From NCBI GenBank assembly GCA_000934665.2, contig JYFJ02000451.1:1-64000 (forward strand): a stretch of DNA of 64,000 bases, written 5' to 3'. The position numbers and the translations under genes were made by a program. Shown here piece after piece: positions 34,716 through 47,759 of this stretch. How positions within the stretch are numbered: position 1 is the stretch's first letter; the number at the start of each line of letters is the position of its first letter. The DNA comes from Catajapyx aquilonaris (Eukaryota). The notes under the pieces were generated by a model. The model had not been told where the DNA came from. It was given only the letters and a program-made list of their open reading frames with translations, and did no database searches.

Positions 34716-37700
34716 ATGGCTTCGCCTAAGCAAGTGGTAAGCAAGAATGTCATTAAAGTAACGATCCGGTCTTGCAACCGAAAAAAAAACATTAATTCTG
34801 CAGCATTCGTACATCTCGTACACCGTACCGTGCAGAGAACGTACTGATCGGACCATAAATAATATTCTGAAAGTCATGGGTTTTTTTTTGTGTACGTGTG
34901 TACCGATACTCATCTATCGTGCAAACCCAATTTAACCTTTCGATCCTTTTAATGGTTAGTAATAAATTATTCGAAAGTTAAGAGGTTAAGAACAGCATAA
35001 AAACTGCGGGGAAGCACAACTGAGGTTGTCCGAATCAATATCTGGCGGGGCTGGAAAAGTACGTGCTACGTACAGTGCCCTAGTACACTGGACATATCTC
35101 ACTCGAATTTTAATGGTGAGATCCACTGAATGATGCATAAGCCAGACATCTGTCCATATATGTGCACTATGCATGCACGAGTATTGTACGAGGGGAATCA
35201 CCATGAATTTGCATATTAAGTGACAAAAAATTACATTAAAATATTTTAGGCTGTTTAAATGTGTAGATGTTCTATTGCTTTACTCTCCTTTTAGCTTTGA
35301 TATTTTTTCAATCAGCCTATTTAATAAATATGTATTCTATTTTTAGCTTATTGCATTGTCCTGAATTAAGTGGTGACATACTCCTACATCTCACTATTAC
35401 AGTAGAGATTATTAACTATTAATAATTCTGCATTGAAGTGAAGCGTTTTCGTGGTATGACCTGTTTGTTACATTTACGTCTAAAGACATCAACCGGAAGA
35501 CGGGAAAGTTGCGCACTTTCTAACTCCACTATAATGAAAAATGATAATTAATGATGGCAGTTCGTTCGTCGAATTCATCAGCGGTGAAAGCTGCGGTTTT
35601 CCTCTATGAGCAGCCTTCAATCGTAGTACTACTGCTTTTAGTCGAGGACAAAATAGTTGGCTTGGGTACACACAAAACACAAACGCCCACGACATACGGA
35701 GTGACGAGCCTTCAAAAACAACCCTAAACTACGCTTCAAGGCGCCAAACTCAAACGCGTGACGTAACACACACGACGCACTACCGGTGCACCATACTGAA
35801 CACCGCTGAGGCTCGAACACTATCGTAGTTGGTCTTCGAGGGGGGGGGGGGGGGTGGNGGGGGGGGGGGGGGGTGGAGCAGCCAGAAGGTCAGACAAACA
35901 GGTCGAGTTGCGTATCATTTAGTGCGAGTGCCCTGAGGACAATGCAGGGGAATTGCCAAGGGAATTGCACCCTCATTGTTCAGGCGCAGTATATGGCTGG
36001 GGGGGGATTGCGTAGTAAATACCGAGGGAAATTCTGAGCCGAACAATAAGGGATGAGTCGGAGTGTAATTAGGGTGCAGCACGGATGCCTCACTTGATTA
36101 TCCACACGCATTTGGCACGGATGTCTACAACCAGTCAGAAGCATACCGGGCGTTGTGGTCGACTACGACAATGTGGTTTATGTCCATATGCACGATTTTT
36201 CACAACAAAAAATAATAATGGCGTGTGATGTCACGGTCCGTCACACCGACCGTGACAGGTGTTGCTAAATCGGTGCAAATCCAGTGATGATCCTTCTGCG
36301 GTGTTATCACAGCCATACGGCACTTGAGACGTCAACGGCATAAATACGGCCTGTATTGAAAGGTTGTAAGGTACACTTGTACTGACGAAGATGCGGGGGG
36401 TTCCGACAGCACGCTATTTTATTTCAATGGCACTTCGCGTAACACTTCCTGAGCGGTACGGTCAAACGTGACAAAGATTGATCACGCACGTCTGATTAGG
36501 GGCGCTTTTCATGATATGTGACCGGGCTACATTAAAAAGTGTATAGTAACGGCATCGTAAATTGCCGAGTGCCGGAAACTTATTGGAGTGGGGTTGTAAA
36601 GTTTTGGCACTTATGCGAACTCCAGTTTCTTTTGTTGATTGTTCTCCCCTCCCCCCCCNCCCCCCCAAAAAAAAACAATGGGGCAAGATCGTGTCACAAT
36701 GATAGGGGAAGGTCACTGTCTTTGATGTAGAACCGATGATGTGTGAAATGTCGACTGTTCCGACCGGTTCCGACAGTTCCTGCTACTAGTCTACGTGTAA
36801 CAACAGTTTGGGGCCAGAATGGTTTTAATTAAATTTAAACTAAATTAATTTCCAAGTACTTTTGGTCAACAAGGTTTAACAAATGCAGGCAGTTTGGTTC
36901 ACCCTGTGGAACCCGGTTTGTGTTTTCTATGCACGAAACCGTAACCCTCTCGAGACAACCTCTGAAATTACGTACCGTGATTACGAATAAATTACGGATA
37001 ATTCATACACGCGAGCCACACTTTTCCTCCAAAAACTGGCAGGGTGGAAACTGTACAGTGTAATCATAAATCTGTACTTAACCGACCCTGTGTAATTTAA
37101 CCCACATCTAACTAACGACCTTTTTTTCTTCCCAGCTGAAGAGCATAGGGCCCAAGTTGGTGCCGTTCTTCAAGACGGTGGCCATCTACTTCGTGCTGTT
37201 TATACCAGTGGACAGGCCATCATGGTTCAGCATGCTCCTCAAGTGCCTGCCCATCGTCAGTCTCGTTGTGTTCGTCCTGCTGCATGGGATGAGCCTAGGC
37301 GATGAGTACGTACATGGTGTTTTAAAGCTGGGTTCAGACTGGCGTCGTTGGTCGTTGTGCCGTGTTGCACATATAGTGTACAATTAATATTCAATACTAG
37401 ACAAACCATCGCTTCTCTCACTGGCTGCAGGTGGTAGAGCCGGACCGATGTAGACACTCCGGCCGACAGCGAACGAATGGGTGGTTCCTCCTGCCATCCA
37501 CCAGAGGTGCTGCCTCCACCCCCATTGCGCCTGCGCGATTGGGGGAGGCAGCGCCTCTGGTGGATTTGAAACTATAAATTCATAATTCAGCGAAAATCCT
37601 AATCAAATGTTGGACGACGTCATCACCGACGACACAAAGACAACGACCGGTATGAACCCAACGCATGGGTGATGCCCTCGGGGATTGTTGAGTGACATCG

Positions 37701-40700
37701 GAAGTTGGGTGTACCCCAGAACTCGCCGTGTAAACATCGCGTGACCTCGTGGTATGCAGTAGCCCAGCGGGTTATCTTATATTCTGGTGCAGCAGCGGTG
37801 TCAACAATTCTCAAGGACCGAATAGGGGCAAATTAATGAGAGCTAGGAAAAAAAGAGGGGCCCAGCACATAGATTCGCTCATTGAAATGGCTTCGACTTG
37901 ATTAATAACGAGGTGAGGCGTATAGGTCACCTTGTCATAAAAGTCAAAGGTTCAGCTGATAGGGGTTTGTCAAAGGGCGTGGGGGGTATAGTGCCACTGC
38001 GGCATTTCCAAACTTTTTGGCTTCCGTATGCCCTCGAGGCACGGTATATGGATCGACATGGGTTCACACGGCGGTCGTTATAGTCGTTTATGGAGCTAGG
38101 ACCAATCACGCTGTTGCATGGGAGTCACTGTCAATAGTCCGGAAGTGGGTTATGTATCCCGGACATACAAACTTCCTACTTGATATATACAGAGATAATA
38201 TTGTAAATACAATATGCGGTCCATACTTTCGGTACTTTTTTTTTTGTGCCTAGATACTATTTGTAGGAGACTCGGCTAGCTCCAGGGGCCAACGATCGCT
38301 TAGAGGATAACTATTTGGTCTAGCCGCATCAATCGATAGTTTTGTCCCATTTGGGTCTTTGCAAAGTGCAGGAAATTGTTGCATTGCCTGCCTCGACAGC
38401 CATTCGTGACCATGGGGTGCCTAATTATACGTGCAAATTTTTTAGCCTAGTTATGTCAGGATGAGGCGACACGTGACCCCCCCCCTGTGGCCACGAGGGC
38501 AAGTGCACCGAGTGTCCTTAATAGGTCGTACTGATAGCACTTGCCAACTGGGGGGTCTAATTTTACGTCGTGGGTAAATATCGGGTTGTCACGGTGATAC
38601 GTAGGTGCCGAAATACTTGTAGGTGCAGAGAGAGAGAAATAAAATAAAAAAGATCGCAACGACCTTGTTATAGACGTTACGTCAATCGGCGCCCTTGAAA
38701 GTGCGGGTATTAATAGGAGAGCACATATTTTTTCAGGTTTTTTCGGAGGGAGTTGGTGCATAAGTGTGTTGACGTTTTTGAAAAAGTAGGGGTTGACGTC
38801 ATGACTCCCTGACGTGCTAATCGTAATTGACTTGGAGTAATGGTCAATTGGTGCTGGGTGGGGTTAAGGGTTAGATTCAAGGATGTGACAATAACACGGT
38901 CATTCCAGATGTAAATGCTGGGTGTGATCACAACAATAACAAATCACAATGAATTAAAATTAAACAATAATATACAGGGTGACCCACAAGTCTGGACACA
39001 TAGGCAATCTTACACATATTTCAAGACGTGTGTCTGTACGTTCCAGATGCAAATCAATACGGAGGCCCCGACATATGCCCCAGGTTGATCATTAGGGGTA
39101 GTTTTTAACGGGGAAGGTTTTTAGCACATTGGACTTGACCTCCGAGGTCAGCCTTGGCCAGAGGAGGCGAAAAGGCAGAAAAGCAGGCCTACCCTTTATT
39201 GTTACACCATGGAAACGCAGTCATTGTTGACGCTGTTACATCAATGAGTTACTACTATGGAAAAGTATTTCGTAACCCGAGCAACGCCGGGTATCCTGCT
39301 AGTAATATTATATTGTTGGTTGACACTTGGTATCCTGGCTGGAAACAATATAATATTGTTACCTATGTGTCCAGACTTTTGGGTCACCCTGTATACAACG
39401 ATCCGAAGCAATCAGTTAGATAAAAAATTAGTACATTTACAATTTCGTAAACGGAAATGCGTTGTGCATCTTGTCATATGGAAATGGGCCAGTGCAGGTC
39501 TCCTAAAGGCCAACATATTCAAAGATATAGATCATTCTCTAAAAATAATTTTATGATACCAGATACAGGAAGCACCTGTGCAAATTGCGGTTAATTCCAT
39601 TTTCCATTTTCCATTTTAATTCCTGCATTTTGCAACTGGTGAAATGTAGGAGGTTGGGAGTATTAACAGGGTTGTTGATTGGCGTGACTAAAAGTGATGC
39701 AAGTGTAGATGAACATCGCTGTAGCATTTGTATGTGTCAAAGTGGCACTTTCAGACACTTCCCTGTCTTGGTAGACATGTCATGACGAACCAGTCAGCTG
39801 TGCCGTACATCATCCTGTCATTGCTCCACAGCTCCTCTATAGTATAGACCAGAAGGTCAGCTGTAATTGAATTTGCTAATGTGCTGTCCTGGGATATTGA
39901 GTTTAATGAGCATGACATTTCACATCAGCTGGTAGGTACAGTCAGGCTAATGAGGGTTTGGCTTCCTCGTGGATGTGCCTGGAGGTAAGTGGGTAGCAAT
40001 TCAGTCATAATTGGATGATAGGAAGTGTTCAAGGGGTGATAATTGCATCCGGATTGTACTTGGTGCCACTTGCAGCTGCGATAGGCAGTGTTGATTAGGC
40101 AAGTGTCTCCCAATCTAGTTGAACTCCCACTTGCAGTGCATGACCCTTTATAAAGTATGCCACTTGAGAGGGCAATGACTGGAGTGCATCTTATTGCAGA
40201 TATGCCTTCTCAAGGAGGATTCTTCTGGGCTTGACCTTCTCCTGCCTGGGGGATGCCCTCCTGGTGTGGCCAGACTATTTTATCCATGGAATGGCGGCCT
40301 TTGGCTTGGCACAGGTGATGTACAGCTCAGCCTTTGGGATGCATCCACTCAACCTGCCACTAGGGGGGGCACTCTACTGCTTTGGGGCTGCAGGTTAGCT
40401 AAATTCATGCAACTTTATTTCGCCAAGTAAACCGTTATTGTCTCAACCTACTGGAACACACTTTCAGGTGTTACCTTCTTGCAGTAACCAATTCTGAAAG
40501 GGATGCAATATGACAACTGAATTACTTGTTCCAGCGGTTTACATTCTGATGCCAGGTCTGCCAGGTGTATTAACCATTGGAGTCCCTGTATACAGCATCC
40601 TGCTGATGTCAATGGTATGGAGGGCTACTGCCAGGGTACAGCTGTTTGAGGTAAGCCACTCTCTTCGATGGTGTCAATTCAAATTCTGTGCCCTGAATTC

Positions 40701-41754
40701 TACAATTTCTGCAGGAGCTGTGGACCTGGACCAAGTTGTGCTCCTGCGCTGGGGGTATCCTCTTCATGATGTCAGATGCCCTCATTGGATTCCACCACTT
40801 CCACAACCCCATTCCATACTCACAGGTCAGTGCTCCCTTGTGCATGACTATATACAGTGTATTCCTAGTATTCGGTTCCTTTTAGTTATTGCAAACTGCA
40901 CGCAAAGTTTGCTGTAACTACAAGTACTTGACACTTGGAATACACAGTGTCTTTCTAGATGGTTTATGCATAGTTATGCAATAATAATAATTCTGAATGT
41001 TTTGAAATGCATTCCCATCATAATCATAACAGCATTATTGATGCTGGAGATCTGAGCTAATGGTTCCTGAAAGCCACCAAGGCTTCTCTATGACAAGCCA
41101 AGACGATAATTTTATTGTAACTCAAACAAGATATTTTTCTGAATGGTAACAATTATTGCAATTTGGCATGTCATGTGGTGAAAGCAGATAATACTTTTCT
41201 CATTTTCAAATGATACCTTGCAGAACTTGTTTGCTACCTGTGATTCTAGCATTAAGCTGCTTCAGGTGTGCTCATGGTTGCAAATTTACAGAACAAGGCT
41301 AATGGGCAAACACCAGAATTCCTGCAATATAAGTTGGTTCATGGATCAATACGGTCATCCCAAGGAAAAAGCCATATCTACAAAACGTGGGGCAAGGGGG
41401 GGATGGGTGCAAGGCCTGCACGCGACCTTTGTCTTTACCAGTTTTGTAGATAGGGCTCTTCCTTGGGACAGCAAAATAGAGTAGTAGCCTTACTTAAAGG
41501 CATCATTAACTTGTGTTCTTCATGAACAGGCTCTGATCATGATTACATACTACGCTGCCCAGCTGGGAATCACCCTGAGTGTTGTGGACTCAAAGGCCAG
41601 CTACATCCAAGACCAGAAGGCGGCACTGTTGGCCAGTCAACTAGCCAATGGAAACAGTGTGTCAGCTGCAAGTCAGCAGAGGGTTACCAGGCACGCTATC
41701 CCTTTGTCCAATGGCCCTCCTTCCACCCAACAACCACTTCTGGTTGCTAGGTAA
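34716..41754 (+). CDS. TMEM86A: TMEM86/YhhN-family lysoplasmalogenase (~278 aa, 6 exons)
   Basis: Exons 34716-34736 (MASPKQV|GTAAGC), 37136-37305, 40200-40393, 40535-40650, 40715-40825 and 41530-41754 (837 nt, in frame). Motifs: KSIGPKLVPFFK, LKCLPI, GLTFSCLGDALLVW, GMAAFGLAQ, LFMMSDALIG, ALIMITYYAAQLGITLS. Confidence 0.93.
37496..37565. repeat. GC-rich 70-bp hairpin (inverted repeat)
   Basis: ATCCACCAGAGGTGCTGCCTCC ... GGAGGCAGCGCCTCTGGTGGAT. Confidence 0.8.
38975..39391. mobile_element. Tc1/mariner-type MITE (417 bp)
   Basis: TA-CAGGGTGACCCACAAGTCTGGACACATAGG ... CCTATGTGTCCAGACTTTTGGGTCACCCTG-TA; 30-bp TIR with one mismatch. Confidence 0.9.
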
Positions 41755-42257
41755 ATTCTAATACCGCATTAGTGCGAAGAAGAATTCACAGGAAGGTACA
41801 AATAATCTAAAGAAAAGCAAAAAGGGATAGTTACTGTACATGTCTTTCATTAAAGCATAGTGAGGTGTAGAGCAAGTGTAGTGCAAATGAGTAGAAGTTT
41901 TGCTGCAGCTGCATTCTACAAATGTGTGAACAAGTTCTCTCACTCATCATAATCACTTGTAATTTGTAGAGTGTAGGACTGAACTTGTGCACACCCTGTG
42001 TGAGGTGGTAGCAAAGTTTCTGCATGAGTGTGTGGGTACTGACGCTATACTTCCACGCATTTGCCAATCATTAGGATTTTCTTCATAGTCTGTCTCTGTC
42101 GGAGGGGTGGCAAGGAAGTCGTTTCTTGCATTTCACATGTGAAATTATTGTCTTTTCTGGTTGTTAGCAATCCCAGTGCTTTGACTGCTGATTAAACCAA
42201 AAGGTAAATTTTTTTTCTCTAGCTTGTTCTTTCACTGCATGGGTTTGTGGAAACCAA

Positions 42258-42493
42258 TCGGGTGAGATCAATATTATTGTAAGTCCTAAAAATTCGATTT
42301 CAGGGTAAGTCCACCACCATATTCTACGCCAAGAGACGTATCGGCTGAATCTTTATTTCAAGTCCACCTTCCACCATGTAACATCAATAGAATGAAATTA
42401 TTGTATGTTCAGCTGCACACAGCAGAAAACTATCAATATTTTTTCCTGTGAAACTACTATTTTGTGACTTGCAATAGTATTGATCTCACCCGA
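42258..42493. mobile_element. Inverted-repeat element downstream of the TMEM86 stop codon
   Basis: TCGGGTGAGATCAATATTATTG ... CAATAGTATTGATCTCACCCGA termini. Confidence 0.55.
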
Positions 42494-43842
42494 CGATAAT
42501 GTTTCCATACAGATATGGCCCCATGACTCTCTATGTCTATGTTATGATTTTTAAATGTTAAGCTTCATCTCTCCTTCTCACCACTCCACTTTTCCATTGG
42601 AATAACCAAGAGCATTATGATTTCAAGGAGAGATAGAAAACTGAGCTGACGTCAGCTTGTGAGTTTGTAACTTATTGTGGAATGTTTTGTGGTTCTCAGC
42701 TAGTCGAAATTGACAGCAGTTTGCTGTGAGCAGGAACATGATGCCAGACACTTGATCTTGGGTTTTTCCAGGCCTGTTTTGGCAAGAGTGTGCACCTTCT
42801 CGGGAAGTTCTGAAGGATGTGCCTCGGAACTTCCAGAGAAGGCACATGGTGTTGCCAAATCAGGCAAGGGAAAAATCCTAGGGTTGTCATGTTCCTATTC
42901 ACAGAATACTTGCATCTCTTCATGCACAAAGGTTGTTTCCTGCTGCAATAGGTAAAGTTGAAACAGAGAAGAAACGCGTTGTTAAAGGAAACGAACAGTA
43001 TTTGCTCATCTCAGAATAAGCGATAGTTTCTGGTGCTTCTGCACAGGCCAATGGACACTATTATGTTGTCAGTGATGATTGTTCCTGCTGCTCTTTTTTT
43101 AGGGTGGATACAGTGAAATGCAAGTCTAACAGCAAGGCAAACTCATAGTTTGTGGTTGGTTGTGATAGTTCTGATTTGTGGCTGTTGAATTTGATCTATG
43201 GATATTGTGTAGTAGCATGGTTTTTGGGCATGTCTCGAAAACATATCAAAATATTGTTGGATGGTACAATCACAATCTCTTCTCTAATCATAGCCATAGT
43301 TATAGGCGTAAGGAGTCTATTAATCTCCAATGTCTTCCCTCATAACATCAAGTATTACTTGTGCTACTCTTCCCATGAACTGGGATTGGTGGACCAGATA
43401 ATTATTAATAGGGCATAGAATGTCAAAAATAGCATAAGGGTTGAGATTTACTGTGCAAAGAAAAAATTACTGGAGTGTTTCATACTGAATGACAAGTGGC
43501 TCCGGTCTAGTTCAAAATACATGTTGCTGAACATTAGAGTGTCAAAACAAAAGCGACCAAAAAGGGGTGGGAATTTTGTAGTTTCCAACTGCCATAAGTG
43601 ACGTCACTGCCATTATTGAAAGTTCACACAGTCTGCGGAGTGTACAGGACAGGCATGTGCATGTGATTGTCAGTACAGGAAAGTGTTGGGAATAGAAAAT
43701 AGTATCTTGTATGTACAAAAATTTGTTTTTCTCTCTTTATTTGTTTTTTGGTGTAGTAGTACCTGAGGTACTTTTGTAGATACCAAGTTGATATATCTTT
43801 GTTTTAGAAGTTTCTGGCAGCAGTTTTGCCAGTTCATTTCTA

Positions 43843-44445
43843 CAAGAGCCTTTTGGAAAGTCTTTACACTGTATTTTTTTGCCACAAATACAAGTCCATG
43901 CAGGTCAGCAGATAGGCACATATTATCGATAGAACCCTCCTCTAGCCGAATGCACAGAAGTCATGGGTGTGGAACCCCTCCAGGCTCTCCTGGAACCACT
44001 TTATGGAAGTGCGGCGCACCTACCTAGGAGTAGGTGCGGCGCACCTACTCCTGGACAACTGCTCACAGTCAACAATGTCCTGGAAATGGCGTTGGTGAAG
44101 TTTTTTTTCTTTTTTTTCTGTGAATCTGGATTTGGGTGCTTCCACAACCCCCGAAATCCCCTGGCCTGGCCTCGTGTGACTTTCAGCAGTTTGGAGCCAT
44201 GAAAAAACCCCTTTGCCAATGCCATTTTGAGGACATTGTTGAACAAGAAGCAGTTGTCTGGGAGTGGGTACTCTGTCCCTCCAAAAAGTGGTTCCTGGAG
44301 GGCCTGGAGAGGTTTCCGTACCCGTGTGCCAGTGTATTTGGCTCCAGGAGGGTTCTATTGATAATGCGTACCTATCTGCCAACCTGCATGAGCCCTGTAT
44401 TTGTGGCAATAAAATAAAGCGCGAAGACTTTCTGAATGCCCCTTG
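43843..44445. mobile_element. Old mariner-type palindromic MITE (~600 bp)
   Basis: TA-CAAGAGCCTTTTGGAAAGTCTT ... AAGACTTTCTGAATGCCCCTTG-TA termini with diverged arms of about 260 bp (for example TGCAGGTCAGCAGATAGG / CCTATCTGCCAACCTGCA). Confidence 0.8.
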
Positions 44446-45631
44446 TATGTACTTGTTACACATGCACATATATTTTTTGTATATGGACTGTGATGTTTCC
44501 TATATTGTTGTATGCATTGAGCTGATCCTCATTTGTTATGATTAGGTAGGGTGAGGAGTGCAAGTGGTGCGCATTGGTAATGGGAGAGATTATGTACATG
44601 TCTTATTTTTCCCCGTTTTATTTCTTTAAAAAAAAAAAAGTCATGGGTCCAAGGAAGCCAACCATTTGATATGTAGAGAGAGAGAAAAACGAGCAAAAAA
44701 TTGGTGAGGACTGAGGATCCACAAAATGGAAGTTGTGATTCAGTGAAGGCTTCTTCAGATATACCAACCTTTTGATGACCATTTGTAATGTTTATTATTC
44801 TCATTGTTCACAAATCTTGTTTGTACGTCAGGTGGACATTCAAAGTGGAAAGAAAATGGTGTTGATACTGAGGTGTTTTTATTTATTTATTTCTCTTTAC
44901 AATTTTGCAGGTACTGTAGTGATTTTTTAAAAGGCGACATTCTGACAGCACTATCTACATTCAGTCATATGAAATTTTTATTCAAAATATTATTACAAAG
45001 AAAATTGCAGATTAAAATCTGATTGCTTTTTTTTTGAAATATACAGTACAAGATGTCTCTTACCTAAAACTGCACATGAAAAGAGTCCCATGGAGGGAAT
45101 AGATGCTGACATTAAACTTTTCCTATGTATGGCACCTTCTTGATTACTCAAATTTTAAAAAGGGCAGGTGCCTATAGCCTCAGGGAGAAATACTGTATGC
45201 CACACCACATAAAATAATTTCAAAATGTGCAAGGAACTGATTTGAGACATAATTCACACAAAGCATTTTTGCCATTGTAGATAATGGCATTATCTCCTCC
45301 CATACATGAATGATAATTGAGTTTAATTTTCTTTGGTGCAAATGTGAACCTCAGATTTCATAAATTCCTAGTCATTCATTCTTTAGTAAAGGCCCACAAA
45401 AGTGAGTCATCTTTTTTGATAATTTGTATATTTAAAAACTACCTTCTTGCAAGATGTCTGGGAGCATAAAAATGCTAATGCAACAAAACTTTTAAAAAGT
45501 GAATGACATCTGCTAGATTCAACTTTGACAACCCACTCGTATCAGTTGCTCGTAAGCAATAAACCAGTCTGAGATCAACGCAACTCTCACAAGGCACTTG
45601 GAGCATGCACAGTGTGTTTCAGAAATGTGTT

Positions 45632-46129
45632 TTAAGAGCTATCTTTGTCACTCTCTTCGTCATCTCCGTCATTACCTCTGTCACATTCAATGACCTTCTT
45701 ACTCTCCTTCTTTATCCCCCCACATTTGACCCAGTGGGGATAGATCTCAGGAACTGTCTCTCCGCATTCAGGGCATTTCACAGAATGCCTAAGACTGTTC
45801 AGGATACATTTGTTGTAGTTACCTTCCACTGAATCATCTTCCGAGTCAGAGCTGCTGTCAAAGTCCGATACAGAAGTGGAAGAAGAATCATCACATGACT
45901 TCCTCTTGCTATCAACTGCCCAGAGGGATCCATTGTAAGGTGGTGTAACAATTGGAAAGTTGGTCTGCTTTCCTGCATCAGAAGGGACCTTTCCATTTAA
46001 GAGCTCCTCCAATGAAGTTACATTGTTCCTCTGGCGAGGATAGGGTGCAGTGCGAAACACCGCACGCCAAGAAGGGGGGATCCTGCTGCTACGGGGTGAC
46101 GTCTCCTTGTTGTCTGAAGGTGCCGACAT
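45632..46129 (-). CDS. Probable orphan gene, 165 aa, Ser/Asp-rich with a C2HC (UBZ-like) finger
   Basis: The ORF starts at CAAAATG just after an acceptor (CACCAG| at 46135). Two ATG-free upstream exons are predictable (about 48120-47982 |GTGAGC; 47621-47539 TTGCAG|...|GTAAGT). Motif CPECGETVPEIYPHWVKC. No family recognised. Confidence 0.55.
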   Translation of the reverse strand: MSAPSDNKETSPRSSRIPPSWRAVFRTAPYPRQRNNVTSLEELLNGKVPSDAGKQTNFPIVTPPYNGSLWAVDSKRKSCDDSSSTSVSDFDSSSDSEDDSVEGNYNKCILNSLRHSVKCPECGETVPEIYPHWVKCGGIKKESKKVIECDRGNDGDDEESDKDSS

Positions 46130-46826
46130 TTTGATCTGGTGGTAAACCAGTACATGTTACATACAACATGCTTGACCAGCCAGAAAGGATTGTTACATGG
46201 TGCAGCAAGTTTTGCCCGTAGATTTTAACCATAAGAGGAAGTGTATCAGATCCTCTATGTGCAACCACAACAGAAAAAAAACGATTTCTACGAAACCAGA
46301 GGTTTGGTCCGAAAGTAATAAAAGTAATTCACTTTTCTACTATGCTCGAAAAAAGAAAATATTCAACCACAAAGTGTTGCATCAATTTAGGCCATGAGAT
46401 TTTCATAATGTCCTGCATTTTTGTCCAATGTTACAAAAAAAATACTGCAAAAATAAAATAAAATAAATAAACTGTTGACTTTAACCTCCAAATTTTGGCA
46501 TATAGAGCTTGCTACACGTGTAGGCCAAAAATTAACTGAACAGGCTGCCAACAAATACTTGGCATGGGATGAAAAACCAACCCTTTGAATCCAATTTCAT
46601 CCATTCCATGGCAATAACATGAGGCCATCATGGATTCCCCCCCCCCCNCCCCCCCCCTCCCTTATGCTTATCCTCCCAAAAATTTCCAACAAATATGAAA
46701 TGGTGCCCATTCCAAATCAAGAGGTATCATCACGTGGAAAATAACCAAAACTAAATGTTAATTAGCTGCAGGCCTACTTGTGTTCATAAGTTCGAATTTC
46801 AGCAACCAATGAAGATTTACCTCTTA

Positions 46827-46971
46827 AGCCGCATTCACATGTCAGTGATTCCCAAGCGATGAAACCAATTGTTTGGGGCCGAAAATAGAGTGTTACTTTC
46901 ACTCCAAACTATTAGTCTCATCAATCAGCAATGCTCATTGCTGAGCGTATGCCTCACATGTAAACATGGCC
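46827..46971. mobile_element. PIF/Harbinger-type MITE, family copy 2 (degraded)
   Basis: AGCCGCATTCACATGT...ACATGTAAACATGGCC termini and the shared GTTTGGGGCCGAAAAT...TGTTACTTTC core. Confidence 0.6.
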
Positions 46972-47759
46972 ACAGAGTATGAAGTATAAGTACAAGTACA
47001 TTTGAATCTGGATATAACAGACTTCAAGGAGCCATAGAAAAAAGTATGTTATAATTGAGGTCTGTTATACCCAAATCGTCACTTTTGCTGATAACAAAGT
47101 TTTCTGCTTTCCATGTATGCCTATAATACACACTACTACATATTAATTAATGAAATCCAGCAAAATGCAACATTAGCTCATCCGAAAATCATGCAGGATC
47201 AAAATAATTCTTAATTTTCTACTGCCATTCCCTTTTTGCCAATTTCATACCAGAAAAATGATATTTTCCCTTCAGGGGGCCAACAAATGGTCTGTTATGC
47301 CTCGTCATACGGAATTTAGTCTGTTATATCATGAGTAAACATACACAGGGACTTATAAAAGTATGTCAGGTCCAGCCTTTCGAGGCTGTTACATCCAGAT
47401 TCAGCTGTATAATGTGTGAGTATAATATTATCCTCTTTGAACGTAGCCTTATGCCTTTTAACCAGCTGGACAACACTCCGTTTCATTGCAGTTCCCAACA
47501 TACCTCCATGAAATGGTAACAAGTACTGCATCACTTACCTATATGCTATTGGCAGTTGAAAAGTTGTACAGATGATTCTCCTCTGGTGTCAGGGTTCGAC
47601 CCAGTCCAGTCCGCCTGCGAGCTGCAATAAAATTTTCATTGAATAAGTTTAAAGATGTGCTACCTTAGTGTTCTATTTACCTTACTACTGGCCCACTATT
47701 TAGAACACAAGAATGCTACTGGCTACCTAAGCATGATGAAGCTCTGAATACGCCAAAAA

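Noticed and set aside
35839..35874. Long G/C homopolymers containing N (also about 36650, 46637 and 52167)
   Set aside because: Their lengths are unreliable because of ambiguous bases, probably sequencing or assembly uncertainty; not called as G-quadruplexes.
36024..36145. GGGAAATTCTGAG ... CAGTCAGAAG resembling the RNase P RNA P4 halves (intronic RNase P RNA exists in pancrustaceans)
   Set aside because: The halves are only about 100 nt apart, and no P1 stem or other conserved regions were found.
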